Origin: Chrysochromulina tobinii
Lineage: Eukaryota
DNA: 64,000 nt
Assembly: GCA_001275005.1 (NCBI GenBank)
Contig: JWZX01003350.1
Location: 1 to 64,000 of the forward strand
Direction: 5' to 3'
Part shown: positions 32,924 through 44,441 of the stretch, piece by piece
Layout of the letters: every line of letters starts with the position of its first letter
Position numbering within the stretch: position 1 is the first letter of the stretch
Notes under the pieces: model-generated
The model's input: the letters and a program-made list of their open reading frames with translations, nothing else
What the model was told of the DNA's origin: nothing
The model's database searches: none
Translations under genes and position numbers: made by a program

Positions 32924-33002
32924 GCAGCTCTGTGTGAAACGGCTGTGAGCTGGAGCGTGCTCTCGATTCCGAGAAGGCACCAACTCACAGTTGAAAAGGT
33001 CG
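32924..33002 (+). repeat. Bipartite conserved non-coding element, copy 2, 37 nt upstream of the bestrophin ATG
   Basis: Same two boxes as 10724-10805; internal inverted repeat gctgtgagctgg / ccaactcacagt. Confidence 0.85.
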
Positions 33003-33039
33003 TGCCTGGGTTCCAGGGCTGTTCTGGCTTCCTAGCGCG

Positions 33040-34458
33040 ATGCTTATCTTCCGCAAAGGCACGCCATGGATGCTCATGTTCCGCTCAGCGGGCTCGGCCG
33101 TCAAGGAGAGTTGCTTCGAGGGCTTGTTTGCCGCCCTCCTCACCCTCATTCTCGAGTTGGCTGTTCCCGCATCGTACATGACAACGCTCATGGTGCAGCC
33201 GTACCCACTCCTACCGTTTCAGTACATCGCGGCGATCACGCTCATCTTCCGCACCAAAATCGCGTACAGTCGCTACTGGGAGTGCGCCACCGCGTCGTAC
33301 GAGATGGGGTCCAGGCTGGGCGACGCGTTCACAGAGGGTATCACATTCGATGAGCTCATCAACACCAACAAGCGTCAGTACGGCGAGGAGGGCGCGGTGT
33401 GGCTCGAGAAGCGGCGGCGGTTCCAGGCGCTCTTACTGCGCCGCTTCTCACTGATGCACGCGCTCGCGATGCAGTACCTGCGTCGCGATGACTGCCTGAA
33501 AAACCTGGTCGCGAGCGACGGGCGCGAACCGAATGTGCCCTTGGGGGCTGGGGCGTTTGGCGGCATGGAGCAGCCGACGAGCCGTGCGGACCCCAAGTGG
33601 CAGCAGCTCGAGGTGCTCGGTGGCATCACCGAGTCCGAGCTCGCGTCGCTCGAGAACACTCCCGATCGCGTGGGTTACGTCTTTGCGCAAATCATGCACA
33701 TCAGCGCACAGCGGCGCTGCGACGGCGGTCTGGGCTCGGACGCGCCTTTGATCTCGCGCTACTGGCAGACGTTATCGGACGGCCACCTCGGCATGCGGCA
33801 GGCGCGCAAGATCGAGGACATCCCCTTCCCGTGGCCGTACACGCAGGCCGTCTCGGTCATGACCCGACTGTTTACCCTCACCACGCCGCTCTACCTCGCG
33901 CACTTTGCCAATTGCAGCTCCGTCGTTGGCAAGTGCGACCACCGCAACTGGTGGGTCGCCCCGTTCCTCGCGTTCATGACTGTCAGCGCCTACGTGGCCA
34001 TCGATGCCGTCGCGCACGCCCTCGAAGACCCTTACGTCCACCCGCCCAACGACCTGCCTGCAAACGCGATTCAGGCGGCCTTCAACAACCGCCTGCTCAC
34101 CGTCTTCGACTCCGTCCGGCGGCCGGCGGACGGTGCAGTGCCCGTGAACATGGCGGACGATCCGAAATACTGGGACCATTGGGCCGAGCTGGAGGCCGAC
34201 GATGTGCGCCTAGCGACCCTCGACTTGCTGCGCGAGTGGCGCGCGCACGGCACGAAGGACTGCACGGAGCAGAAGAGCCCGTCCTATCGTTCCAAGGGTA
34301 TGGTGGCCACGCCGGGCCTGGTAGACCTCTCTTCAGGCATCAAACCGACCAAGATGAAATTATCCATCACCGATGGAGGCATCGTAGTCAAGCTGTTGAG
34401 AGAGGGGCGAAGGCCATGCAGAGAGAGACTCGATGATGATGTCATCGAAGTAGTCTGA
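33040..34458 (+). CDS. Bestrophin-family (RFP-TM/UPF0187) anion channel
   Basis: FRTKIAYSRYWE, RKIEDIPFPWPYTQ and LEDPY...NDLP motifs. Confidence 0.9.
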   Translation: MLIFRKGTPWMLMFRSAGSAVKESCFEGLFAALLTLILELAVPASYMTTLMVQPYPLLPFQYIAAITLIFRTKIAYSRYWECATASYEMGSRLGDAFTEGITFDELINTNKRQYGEEGAVWLEKRRRFQALLLRRFSLMHALAMQYLRRDDCLKNLVASDGREPNVPLGAGAFGGMEQPTSRADPKWQQLEVLGGITESELASLENTPDRVGYVFAQIMHISAQRRCDGGLGSDAPLISRYWQTLSDGHLGMRQARKIEDIPFPWPYTQAVSVMTRLFTLTTPLYLAHFANCSSVVGKCDHRNWWVAPFLAFMTVSAYVAIDAVAHALEDPYVHPPNDLPANAIQAAFNNRLLTVFDSVRRPADGAVPVNMADDPKYWDHWAELEADDVRLATLDLLREWRAHGTKDCTEQKSPSYRSKGMVATPGLVDLSSGIKPTKMKLSITDGGIVVKLLREGRRPCRERLDDDVIEVV

Positions 34459-34689
34459 TGTGCTGACATGGGGAGGAGTTAGGCGCCAGGTAGGAGGTAC
34501 TTAACCAGGTGCCTCAGGCACATTCGGCAACGACAACAGTACCGTGGCGATGATGACCATCTCGCCCAGGGGTCAGGTCAGGGGCCGGGGGCGGGGCATG
34601 TGTTCCGTCCAGGTCAGGCCCAGGCGGGGGGCATGTCGATACCGTAAGAAATAACTAATAAGCCAAACGATTTTGACGAGCCGTACGTT

Positions 34690-36090
34690 TCGTAACTATT
34701 TCGCCACGCCAGGTCACGCCGTCCCCCCCTACCCTAGTACCCCCCATTTGTCCCAAACCCCGGGGCAAAGAATGGGCTGTACCTGAGAACAGGAGCGGAA
34801 ATAGAAACTGCGCTCTGTATTCTGGAATCTGCTCCCTACGTAGGTATTCCTCTCGCGGAACAACTCGGAATCTGGGGAATATTTGCAATTTGGGTTTTGG
34901 CTTTTGGGACGGTCCATCCGGCTCGGACCCAAGAGTGGGCGCCGTAAACTCGGAAACTCGGAATCTGGAATTTGTGGGTCCCTCCGGCTCGGACCCAAGA
35001 GGGGGCCTTCGGCCTCGGAAACTCGGAAACTCGGAATGTGGAATTTTTTGCAGAGGAGTATCCTGGAAAGTGGAATCTGCATACTTGGAAACTTGGAAAC
35101 TGGAATTTGGGGTCCCTCCGCGGACCCACAGCGTAGATGCCTCGGAAACTCGGAAACTCGGAATGTGGAATTTTCAGAAGAGTTTCCTGGAATCTGCACG
35201 CTTGGAAACATGGAATCTGGAGTTTGGGGTCCCTCTGCAGACCCACGGAGGGGCCCCGGAAACTTGGAAACTCGGAATGTGGAAGTTGCAGAGGAGTATC
35301 CTGGAGAATCTGTAGTATCCTGGAGAATCTGTACACTATGAAACATGGAAACAATCTGGAATTTGGGGCTTCCGTTGAGCTGCAAGCGTGCAAGGTGACC
35401 ACGCAGCTTAACTACGACTTGGTCACCTTGTCGTGACTGGCCCCTTATGGGGAGCAGGCCGAGCCCAGCCCCTGGGGTGCTAGCCGAGCATGTACAGTGG
35501 AGAGGGTGAGGAAGGTCGCGATGAAAGTAGTTCTTCGACCTGCGCGGTTTATACTTATAGTTAGTGTGAAGCGCCGGGTTGGGCTGTGTGGTCGCTCGTA
35601 GACCGTAGTATAGTTAGTGTGAAGCGCCGGGTTGGGCTGTGTGGTCGCTCGTAGACCGTAGTATTGGCAAAAAGAACTGATTCCGTGCACCGTGCACCGT
35701 GCTGGAGGACGGGGTCGGGCTTGATCGCAAGGTCCCGTCGCCCATGTTGTGCTCCTACCACGCCAACACGGCTTTTTGTATGCGCAACAACCACCGAGGT
35801 CCGAGCGCTGCGACTAATCCAAATCCTAGACCAAACAAGTTTTATCTACTATTCATCTACGATAATAACCAACATAAAGAGCGAGGCTACCACACTACCT
35901 ACCTCTCCTAAAGGCAGCCGGCCGACCCCATAACTACGCCATTCTTTTCACGCCCCCCTACACCCCCCTTCCCTAGTACTTGTCCCAAACCCCGGGGCAA
36001 AGAATGATGCGCGCGAACTACCTCACGCCACCACCCCCACTTCTCTAGTACACCCCTTTTGCCCCAAACCCCGGGGCAAAGAATGATGCG
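34690..36090. mobile_element. Non-autonomous TE-like block with three direct copies of a hairpin+CTAG unit and internal GGAAACTC/GGAAT arrays
   Basis: ctagtac...ttg(t/c)cccaaaccccggggcaaagaatg at ~34734-34773, ~35973-36006 and ~36045-36085; ggaaactcggaaactcggaatgtggaa array 34860-35365; 53-bp tandem duplication ~35557-35663; lower GC and no credible gene. Confidence 0.55.
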
Positions 36091-36195
36091 CGGCTGCCGA
36101 CACGAGTACAAGGGAGGGCGTGACCATGGGCGTGGCGCTGCTGCTGTTCGTCACTGCCGCCGTCACCGCTGCAAGAGAGACGATGGTGTCTCTGG

Positions 36196-39100
36196 TTATG
36201 GCACCGACATAGCAGCATTTCCCATCGCGTTCGAGCGAGGGCTGTCCGCGAAGCTCAGTGACGCGTTTCGATGGGTCGCCGATTGTTCCTCGAGTTCCTC
36301 GAGATACTCCTTGGAGTGCCGTGGCGACTTCAGACGCCGGCTTAACGGTGGGGTCTTCTTGACGTCGATCTTGTCATCCTCGTCTTTAGGACCCTGCACG
36401 GCCATGGCGCGCAGCGTGGCGCTCGCGTATGGCCCCGTGTCGTCGACGAGCTTGCAAAACATCGAGTCTGGGTTGCTTAGAAGCTCTGAAGGCCGGTCGA
36501 ACTCGATGACGTGTCCATCCGCCATCGTCAGAATCTTATCCGAGAAGATGATCGTGTCGAGCCGGTGGGCGATCGTGATCGTCGTGCGCTCTCTGAACAC
36601 GCGCCGGATCGTCTTTTGTATGAGCGCGTCGGTGTGGAGGTCCATCGCCGCCGTCGCCTCGTCGAGCACGAGCACGCGCGTCTTCTTGAGCACGCACCGT
36701 GCCATGCAGAAGAGCTGCTTTTGGCCGAGAGAGAAGTTGCATCCGCCATCCGCAACATGCGCATCTAGGCCTCCTGGCATCTCGGAGATCGACTTCCGCA
36801 AAGACACCAGGGAGAGCGCCTCCCACAGGTCCGCGTCACTCAGCTCTCCGAATGGGTCCAGGTTCGAACGGACAGTTCCTTTGAACATCACGGGCTCCTG
36901 CGGAATAATCGCGATTGAGCTGCGCACCAGCTCGAGCGGCAGGGTCGAGATGTCAACAGAATCGACCAGGATACGGCCCTTGGCCAACTTAAACATGCGG
37001 AAGAGCGCCATGAGCATCGTTGTCTTGCCGGAGCCGGTGCGGCCGACGACGCCGACTTTCTCTGAGTCGGCAATCGTGAACGAGACATGCCGCAGCGCGA
37101 GCGGGGCGCCGGGGAAGTAGCGGAGACACACGTCCTCAAACTTGATCGCACCGGACGACGGCCAAAGGCCCTGTCGCGTTTTCGTCTTCTCGACAGCGAC
37201 TCTGCCTCCTGGGACGTCGTCTTCAGCGGAAACAGCGACGACTCCAGTGAAGACGACGTCGACGTCCTTCTTGCGGCGGCGGATGAGCGAGCCAAGCCCG
37301 CTGCGCTTCGGTGTAGCGGCGATCTCGATGGCCACATCCTCCGTAGGGACTTGGGTTGCGAAAGTCGTGATGCGTTCGACGGCGTCGAATCTGGACACCG
37401 AATCAGCCACACCTCGGACGACCCACGTGAAAAAGACCAAGACTTGGATCGAGTTGGAGATGGCAAGGCCGACGGCGGCGGCGCCCAACTCTTCCCGTAA
37501 CGCGACCGAAAGCAAGCACGTGACCACGACGAGGATGGCGCCCAAGAGGTCGCACCTGCCACGGTTGGGAAGGTGCATGCCAGGGGATTGAGATTACGCA
37601 GGGAGGCCACACCAGAAAGTCTGGGAGAGCTGGCTTATATTGTGATATTGGTGAAATTGGGAGATGGAGGGGAGGTCGCACCAGAAGGCGAGGAAGAGGT
37701 GGGTCATCTCGGTGTTGAACATCGCCAGGTGGTGGAGATTGATGCGCTGGACGTTCTCTTGCATGAAGTAGCCGACGGCGTCGAATGCCCGGATGACGTC
37801 GATACCAGAGAGAGTCTCATCTACATGGACGAAGACCGACGTCGCGGTCTCGCCAGACCAGCGCTTCAGGACCGTCGCCGCGGGGAGATAGATGCGGAGC
37901 GCTATCCAGAAGGCGAAGAAGAGGACGAAGGACATGATGGCGTAGAAGTAGATGGAAGCAGTGATGATGGCAAGCGACGTGATTAGGATCATCAAGTAGA
38001 TGGTCGCCATGTGGACGGTGTCGGGCAGCTCCTCGTCGATGATGTACTGATCCTTTGCAAAGGAGTTGAGTATTTCGCCCACAGGCGTACGGAGGAAGAG
38101 CAGGTATGGCGCGCGCAGAACGCGGTCGAACATGTCATTATGAAGCTTGGTCGCCGCCTTGTTCTTGAAATGCTCAAAGACCAAATCACGGCTGAGCAGA
38201 AGCACAAAGAAGGCGAGCACGAAGCCAAGGTAGCCGAAGAGATACTGATTGTTGCCCTCGTCCTTTCCTAGCTTTGGAATGAGTAGATAGGTGTCTGCGG
38301 CCCAAAACCGAATCCAGAGGTCGGAAATGATGCGGAGCGTTTGTGTTCCCGCGAAGAGGAACATCGAAAACAAGAAAAGCCACACGCCTGCTGCGCGAAT
38401 GTGGACCATTGCCGCCTTCCAAGAGGTCAGCTGCGTCGTAGTCCCCTTAAATTGCGATGCGATCTGCTCTGGCGTCTCAGCCAGCGCAAGGTCCTCCGCG
38501 GCTTTCCGCTGCTTGGCTGCTTCCTTGGTCGCAACCTTCTTCAACGCGTCCTGCGCAGCAGCCTCTCGCTTGTCCCCGCTGCTCTCGTGCGAGTCCTCGT
38601 CCGCGCTCGCCTTGGCCGTCGCCGACTCTCCCCCCTCGACTGTCGCATGCATCGTCGTGTCTGCAGGCAGGTACTCGCGCATCGCTTCCGGATCATAAGG
38701 CCCAAAGTAGACCACCTGGCAAAGAGGTCAGGTAGGATAGGTCAGAGGGCAGATCCAGGGCAGGGCAGGGCAAGCAGCAGTCAGATAGCAGAAGGCCACC
38801 TTGCCGTCGTCCATGATCGCGACTCGGTCACACTGCGGCAGCAGCTCCAGCTGATGCGCGATGAGGATGACAGCTTTCTCTTTGAGCACGCCTTTGATGC
38901 ATTTGTTGAAGATGTGAGTCGATGTGTGCTGATCGACGGCGCTCAACGGGTTGTCGAGAAGCACGATGTCGCAATCGTGGTAGACAGCGCGCGCGAGGCA
39001 GACGCGCTGACGCTGTCCGCCCGAGAGATTAATGCCACGCTCGCCAGCTAGAGTGCGATCCCCTTTGGGTAGGATCTCCATGTCGAGCTCGAGCGCGCAG

Positions 39101-40814
39101 ACGTGGACCACTTCCTTGTATTTGGCCTCGTCGAAGGGGAGGCCGAAGAGGATGTTTTCACGAAGCGAGAGGTTCTGCACCCACGGCATCTGCGGGACGT
39201 ATGCGATGTTGCCGCCGACGGTCAGGGAGCCGGTCTGAAGTTTCATGTTCGACAGGATTGCGTGGAGCACTGAAGACTTTCCTACGCCAACACGGCCGAC
39301 GACCGCGACGACCTGCGAAGTCGAGAGCGCTGTCGAATCAACCACACACTGGAGAGAAGCAGGGGAGAAGCAGGGGAGACGCAAGGTTACACGCAGGGAG
39401 CTCGGACCTGTCCGGGCTCGACGGAGAACTCGGGTACGTTGAGGGTGAAGTCTTTCGGGTTGGAAGGATGCACCAGGACGGCTTCCTTCATGAGTATGCC
39501 GACCTTTTTAGCGCGCTCGTTTGCCATGCCTTCCGCTTGGAGCAGGAACTGGTTGAGGCGGCGTACCGCGGCCACAGCTTCCGACGAGCCGCGGAGGGCT
39601 TTGGGCAGTACGACGAGAGGGAAGCGCAGCGTGTTGAAGAGGGAGAGGACGACGAATGCGAACTCGGGGCGGAGGCGGTCGACGCTGGAGACGTACGCTC
39701 CGAAGATGACGAGCGCGATGACTGGAGGCGTCCAGAAGACGAGGCAGAGGTTCAGAGTCTTGACGAAGCCTGCCTTATGCATCAGCCGCACCTCCTCCTC
39801 GCGCACCGCCGCCACCTGCTTGGCGAACGGCCGCTCCCACACGTAGAACTTGACGAGCTTGATCGCGAGCAGGATCTCGTGCATGCGTAGCACCCGAGCA
39901 TCGGAGACCTCCGCGGCGGCCGACTTGTGCACTGCGATGCGGTACCCAAAGTAGTACTGTAACGGCAAGACGAAGAACAGGACAGCGAGTGCCGGAAGTC
40001 CGTAGATCCCTGCTAGGCCTAGCAGGAGCCCGATGATGGTGGCCGACTCGAGCGGCGCGGTCCAGACGTTGTGGAAGTGGAGCACCCCTTCGTACAGCTT
40101 CGCGCAGTCCGTCGCGACGAGTGACACGACGTTGGCGCCGTCCTGCGAATGCTGCTCCCTCAGCCGGAAGGTCTTCCGGTACACTTCCGTCATGAGTGCG
40201 GAGCGAATCTTGATCCCGAGCCGGACGGAGCAGTCTCCTAGCCGCTGGAGTGCGAAGCCGACGAGATACGAGTCGATGAAGAAAGTAGACGCCAAGATCC
40301 AGCCGACGCCCTTGCCGTCGGGCCCCAGGTTATCGCATTCGATCTTGTTTGAGGTCACGTTGAAGCGCTCCTTGTTGCAATTGAACTCTGTCCGGGTGAC
40401 GAAAGGCCTCGCGGGGTTGTTGGAGAAGGACACAAGCGATCTGACGAAATAGAACGCACCCAAGATCACGAGCGCTGACCACGTAATCTTCCAGCAGCCC
40501 GCGATGATGAACTCCATTCCGAATGCCTTCCACAAAGCTTTCCAGAGAGACGGTTGGATCGGCTTGCCGTCCTTGCCTGGCTTAGCGGCGGCGGCGCGCT
40601 CGATCTCGGCGGCCCAGGCCGCTTGGAAGCGCATGAACGTCACTTCGGTTGCCTGGTCCGCGGGCATCTTGAGCTCGTCCTGCTTCAGCACGCCGGTCCT
40701 GCCTCGGCCAATCATGCGGTACGTGTACGTGACGAAAGAGCGCTGCAGGAAGCTGTCATTTCGAACAGCCGAATCGGGCAGCTTGGCGACATCATGCTTT
40801 CCGAGGGGCGCCAT
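36196..40814 (-). CDS. ABCC/MRP-family ABC transporter (TMD-NBD-TMD-NBD, 4 exons)
   Basis: Exons 40814-39408, 39312-38800, 38715-37682, 37555-36196 with GT-AG introns of 95, 84 and 126 nt. NBD1 GRVGVGKSS/LSGGQRQR/LLDNPLSAVD; NBD2 GRTGSGKT/FSLGQKQL/VLDEAT. Confidence 0.93.
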
Positions 40815-41170
40815 TCTTCCGTATCCGAAGGTCGCTTCCCGGTTGCAGGGTTCTTGAAAGGAAGAGCTCGCTTTTCACTCGTGGTTGCAGTCTGCACAGT
40901 CGGCTTCACACTCGGCAGTCTGCACTGTCCAGAGCTGCACTCAGATGTTTCGTGGAAAATTCTTGGCTCCCCGAGGCGCCGCGGGGTGAGGCGCCCGACC
41001 GAGGCGCGAGGGGCAAATCCCCGACCGCGACCCGACACCCGAGTGCCGAGACCAGCTGCCCGAGACGCGCCCGACCCCTCGCGCCGACCGACGCCAATAG
41101 GTACTCCTCTCGTCCTCAGAGGTGGGCTCTGCTTCACATTCCAAGAGGAGACACATACAGAACACGTGCG

Positions 41171-41198
41171 TGACTTGACTTGACTTGACTTGAACTTG
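41171..41198 (+). promoter_or_regulatory. (ACTTG)n pentamer run in the divergent ABCC/WEE1 intergenic region
   Basis: tgacttgacttgacttgacttga; the reverse complement recurs at 57517-57544. Regulatory role is inferred only. Confidence 0.4.
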
Positions 41199-41387
41199 CC
41201 AAGCCAGACAACATCCTCACGGTCGTCGGAGCATTCACGATCGGAGAGGCGCCAGTGGCGCCAACCGAATTACCGCTCTTCCTTCAAAGCGACGCGGACC
41301 CTGTTTGCTACGTGCGCTGCACCCTGAAGTGGGGCGCCCGCGCTCGACCCGCAAAGGTTCGGCTTCGTAAGCTCCGACGCTCCGATC

Positions 41388-43427
41388 ATGGCGACCCATT
41401 ACGCGAGCTTTGCCGCGTCGTCGAGTTTCGCCGCGCCGCCGCCAGTCGAAGTGAACGCCTTCCCGCCGAGGCTAAGGGGCTCGAGCTCGTTCATGGATAT
41501 TGAGGGCTGCAGCTCCTCCATGTCGCCCGATACGTCCTCGTTCCCGCCGCGGGCATTCACACCGCAGCCGCCCGACGTGGCCGCGCAGCGCCGGCAGAGC
41601 CACCTGTCCACCGGCAATGCATCCGACGCGCTCTCGGACGCGTCGACGCTGCTCGCCGACTTCCCCCCTGTGGGGATGACTCCGCTCGAATCACCCGCAA
41701 TGCCGGGCAAGGGCCCCGCGGGCGATTACCGCCCCTTGGCGATGGCTCCTCTTGAGTCCCCCGCGATGCCTGGCAAGTCGCCGCGCTTGCCCTCGGTCCC
41801 GTCTAAGTTCTCGCGCAATTCCGAGAGCAGCACCTCGCGCAAGGGCACGCCACCCTGGGGGGCGGACTCGCCCAGCGACGAGGGCGGCTTCTTCGTGGTG
41901 CCCCGCGCGCTGAGCGGCGCCCTCAACCAGACCGACCTCGTCAACGATCTCGTCGAGAACGTTCGGTTCGCGCAGCGGCTCGCGCTCAGCACGCCCCCGG
42001 GCGATCCGAATGGGCGCAGTACGCCGCCGTCGACGGACAGCATGGAGGGCGGCGTCACGAGCCTGTGGGGGCGGATGGAGGCGCAGCTCGGATCGGACGG
42101 GGCGGTGGACCAGCGGCATCGCCCCTCGTCGCACGCCTTCGCGCTCACGGAGGCCGAGCAACGCAAGCGGCAGAAGAACATGCAGCCCGCGATCGGCCGC
42201 TCCCTGTCGATGGGCTCGTCGACGGACGAAGACGGCTCGATGCCGCCACCGCTACCCCGCCCCTCGTCCTCGGCGGCGATGCAGCAGGTGCTGCGGTCCG
42301 CCTCGAGTGGCAGCACCGCGTCCGACGGCGGCAGCGGCGGTGCCACCTCCCTAGATCCGCCATACCTGCTAGGCGAGGGGCGAGGGGGCGAGGGGCGAGG
42401 GCTGCCCGGCACGACGCGAGGGGTGCCCGCGCTGCACCGCGGCAACTCGATGGCCGACACAAAGGTGCTCTTCTCGACGGCGATCGCGCGGCTCGATAAG
42501 AAGCACGGCTCCTTCGCGGCGGCGCCCGTGGGCACGCGCGACTTCGTCTTTGAGGACAAGTTCACGTGGGGGCCCCTACTCGGGCGCGGTTCCTTTGCGG
42601 ACGTGTACGTCGTCTTCCACAACTACGACCCGAGCACGCGCAAGGCGGTCAAGGTGTCGAATAAGGCCTTCCGCTCGCGCGGCGAACGCGCCAAGTACGT
42701 GCACGAGGTGGAGCTAGCCAACGAGTTGGGGACGCACACGAACATCGTCGAGTACTACACGGCGTGGCAGGAGGACCAGAAGTTCTACATGCTCATGGAG
42801 CTGTGTGGCAACGGCACGCTGCGCGACCACTTGCGGCGCGAGGGCGCCCAGTTGCGGCTGCCCGACAAGGAGAGTGCCGTGTGGGACATTGTGCTGCACG
42901 TGGCGCGCGGGCTGGTGCACATGCATGGAATGCGCATCATCCACTGCGATCTCAAGCCGGACAACATTCTCATCTCGGCGGACGGGGCGTTCAAGATCGG
43001 CGACCTGGGCCTCGCGACCACGATCGATCAGTGGCGCGAGGGCATGGAGGGCGACGCCGTCTATCTCTCACGGGACCTGCTCAACTGCGCGCCCTCGGTC
43101 TTTGCCGACATCTTCTCTCTCGGTCTCATGCTGTACGAGATCGTCTCTGGCGAGCGCCTCCCTGGCTGCGAGACGCCCGAGGACCGCAAGCGATGGAATG
43201 AACTGCGCGATCCGCTCTCGCCCGACCAACCGACGGTGCCGCGCGTGCAGCCGCCGAGCCCGTGCTCAGCCCACATGCAGCGGCTAGTGGCGCGCATGAT
43301 GAGCCCCGTGGCTTACTTGCTCGAGCCTGGCGACGCGCGTCCCACGGCCCAGGAAGTCCTCAACGCGACCATGGGCGCCATGGTGAGCGCCAGCGCTGCC
43401 GCGGGCGTGCCACGCCGCCGCATCTGA
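41388..43427 (+). CDS. WEE1: WEE1/MYT1-family protein kinase
   Basis: LGRGSFADV, AVK, IIHCDLKPDNI, KIGDLGLA and the family-typical EGDAVYL; long S/P-rich N-terminus. Confidence 0.88.
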   Translation: MATHYASFAASSSFAAPPPVEVNAFPPRLRGSSSFMDIEGCSSSMSPDTSSFPPRAFTPQPPDVAAQRRQSHLSTGNASDALSDASTLLADFPPVGMTPLESPAMPGKGPAGDYRPLAMAPLESPAMPGKSPRLPSVPSKFSRNSESSTSRKGTPPWGADSPSDEGGFFVVPRALSGALNQTDLVNDLVENVRFAQRLALSTPPGDPNGRSTPPSTDSMEGGVTSLWGRMEAQLGSDGAVDQRHRPSSHAFALTEAEQRKRQKNMQPAIGRSLSMGSSTDEDGSMPPPLPRPSSSAAMQQVLRSASSGSTASDGGSGGATSLDPPYLLGEGRGGEGRGLPGTTRGVPALHRGNSMADTKVLFSTAIARLDKKHGSFAAAPVGTRDFVFEDKFTWGPLLGRGSFADVYVVFHNYDPSTRKAVKVSNKAFRSRGERAKYVHEVELANELGTHTNIVEYYTAWQEDQKFYMLMELCGNGTLRDHLRREGAQLRLPDKESAVWDIVLHVARGLVHMHGMRIIHCDLKPDNILISADGAFKIGDLGLATTIDQWREGMEGDAVYLSRDLLNCAPSVFADIFSLGLMLYEIVSGERLPGCETPEDRKRWNELRDPLSPDQPTVPRVQPPSPCSAHMQRLVARMMSPVAYLLEPGDARPTAQEVLNATMGAMVSASAAAGVPRRRI

Positions 43428-44441
43428 GAGCGCTCACCATGGCGCCCACTCGCACGCTGCCCCGCCATCGGCGACCATCGCCCCCCCAGCCATGGGGGCT
43501 CGTCGCTCGGTGCTGTCGGGGGATGGCGCTCGCCGCAGCGCCCGTGGCCGCTGCCCGCGTGTGAGCGCCGAGATGAGCGCCGAGAAGAAGTGTGTTGCGA
43601 TGGCAAGCGGAGAAGAAGAAGGGCATTCGTGCTCTGAGCACTCGTGAGGACGTGGCCCGTGAGGAAGCTTGAGCTGTTCTTGGTTCCCCCCACATGTGCA
43701 GAGACGAGAGAGACAGTGCGCACGGAGCCGCAGCCGAGCGAGTCTGAGTGCAGCGACGACGCGCTGAGCTCCAAGCGGGACAGCGTCGGAGGGGGCGCTG
43801 CTGAGCAGGCGCGCCGCGCGCGCGCGCCGACCGTGCCCGGCGTGTCCGTGTCAGGTCCGTATGGTCTAAATGAGGTCGCTGCGTCGGTCCGGTCTCCAGG
43901 TGGTCCGGTCTCGCGTCTCCGCCCGACTCGGGCGGTCCGGACGGACGGGGATGCGCGCGATGTTCGCCGGTTATTCGTGATCGTGTGCATTATATATATA
44001 TATATTGGATAAACACATGTTTAAACCGAACTTGATCGATGGTACCGGATTCGATACCGGATCGGACCGGCTCGACGCGACTCCGCGAGCCGTCGTGCGT
44101 CGGCGTCGGCGTCGGTGCGTGTCGTAACTATGGTATCGCGTAACGACCGATTCAAGCGGAGGTGACTGCGCCGCAAGAAGCATTGAACAAGGAACAGTAC
44201 GCGTGAGGGCCGTTGTGCCACCAGTGTGCACGCCCGGTCTCCCGCCAAGGCGCCAGGAAACGAAACCGCCCCGTTGTCTGAGAAGCCCCGTTTCTCACCG
44301 GTATACTCGCGCACGAGCGCACGACGTTCCCTTGGGCACGCGCCGTCTACGCCTGCTGCCCGGCGATCCGTGCGCTTCGTCCCATCCCATCTTGGAATCG
44401 AGAGCGTCTCACATACCACGAGTACGTAGTAGCAGGGCGTC

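Noticed and set aside
34729..35436. Overlapping 140-220-aa ORFs on both strands
   Set aside because: Products of the stop-poor GGAAACTC repeat array with no protein motifs.
36059..37120. 353-aa plus-strand ORF
   Set aside because: Typical antisense frame of an ABC NBD.
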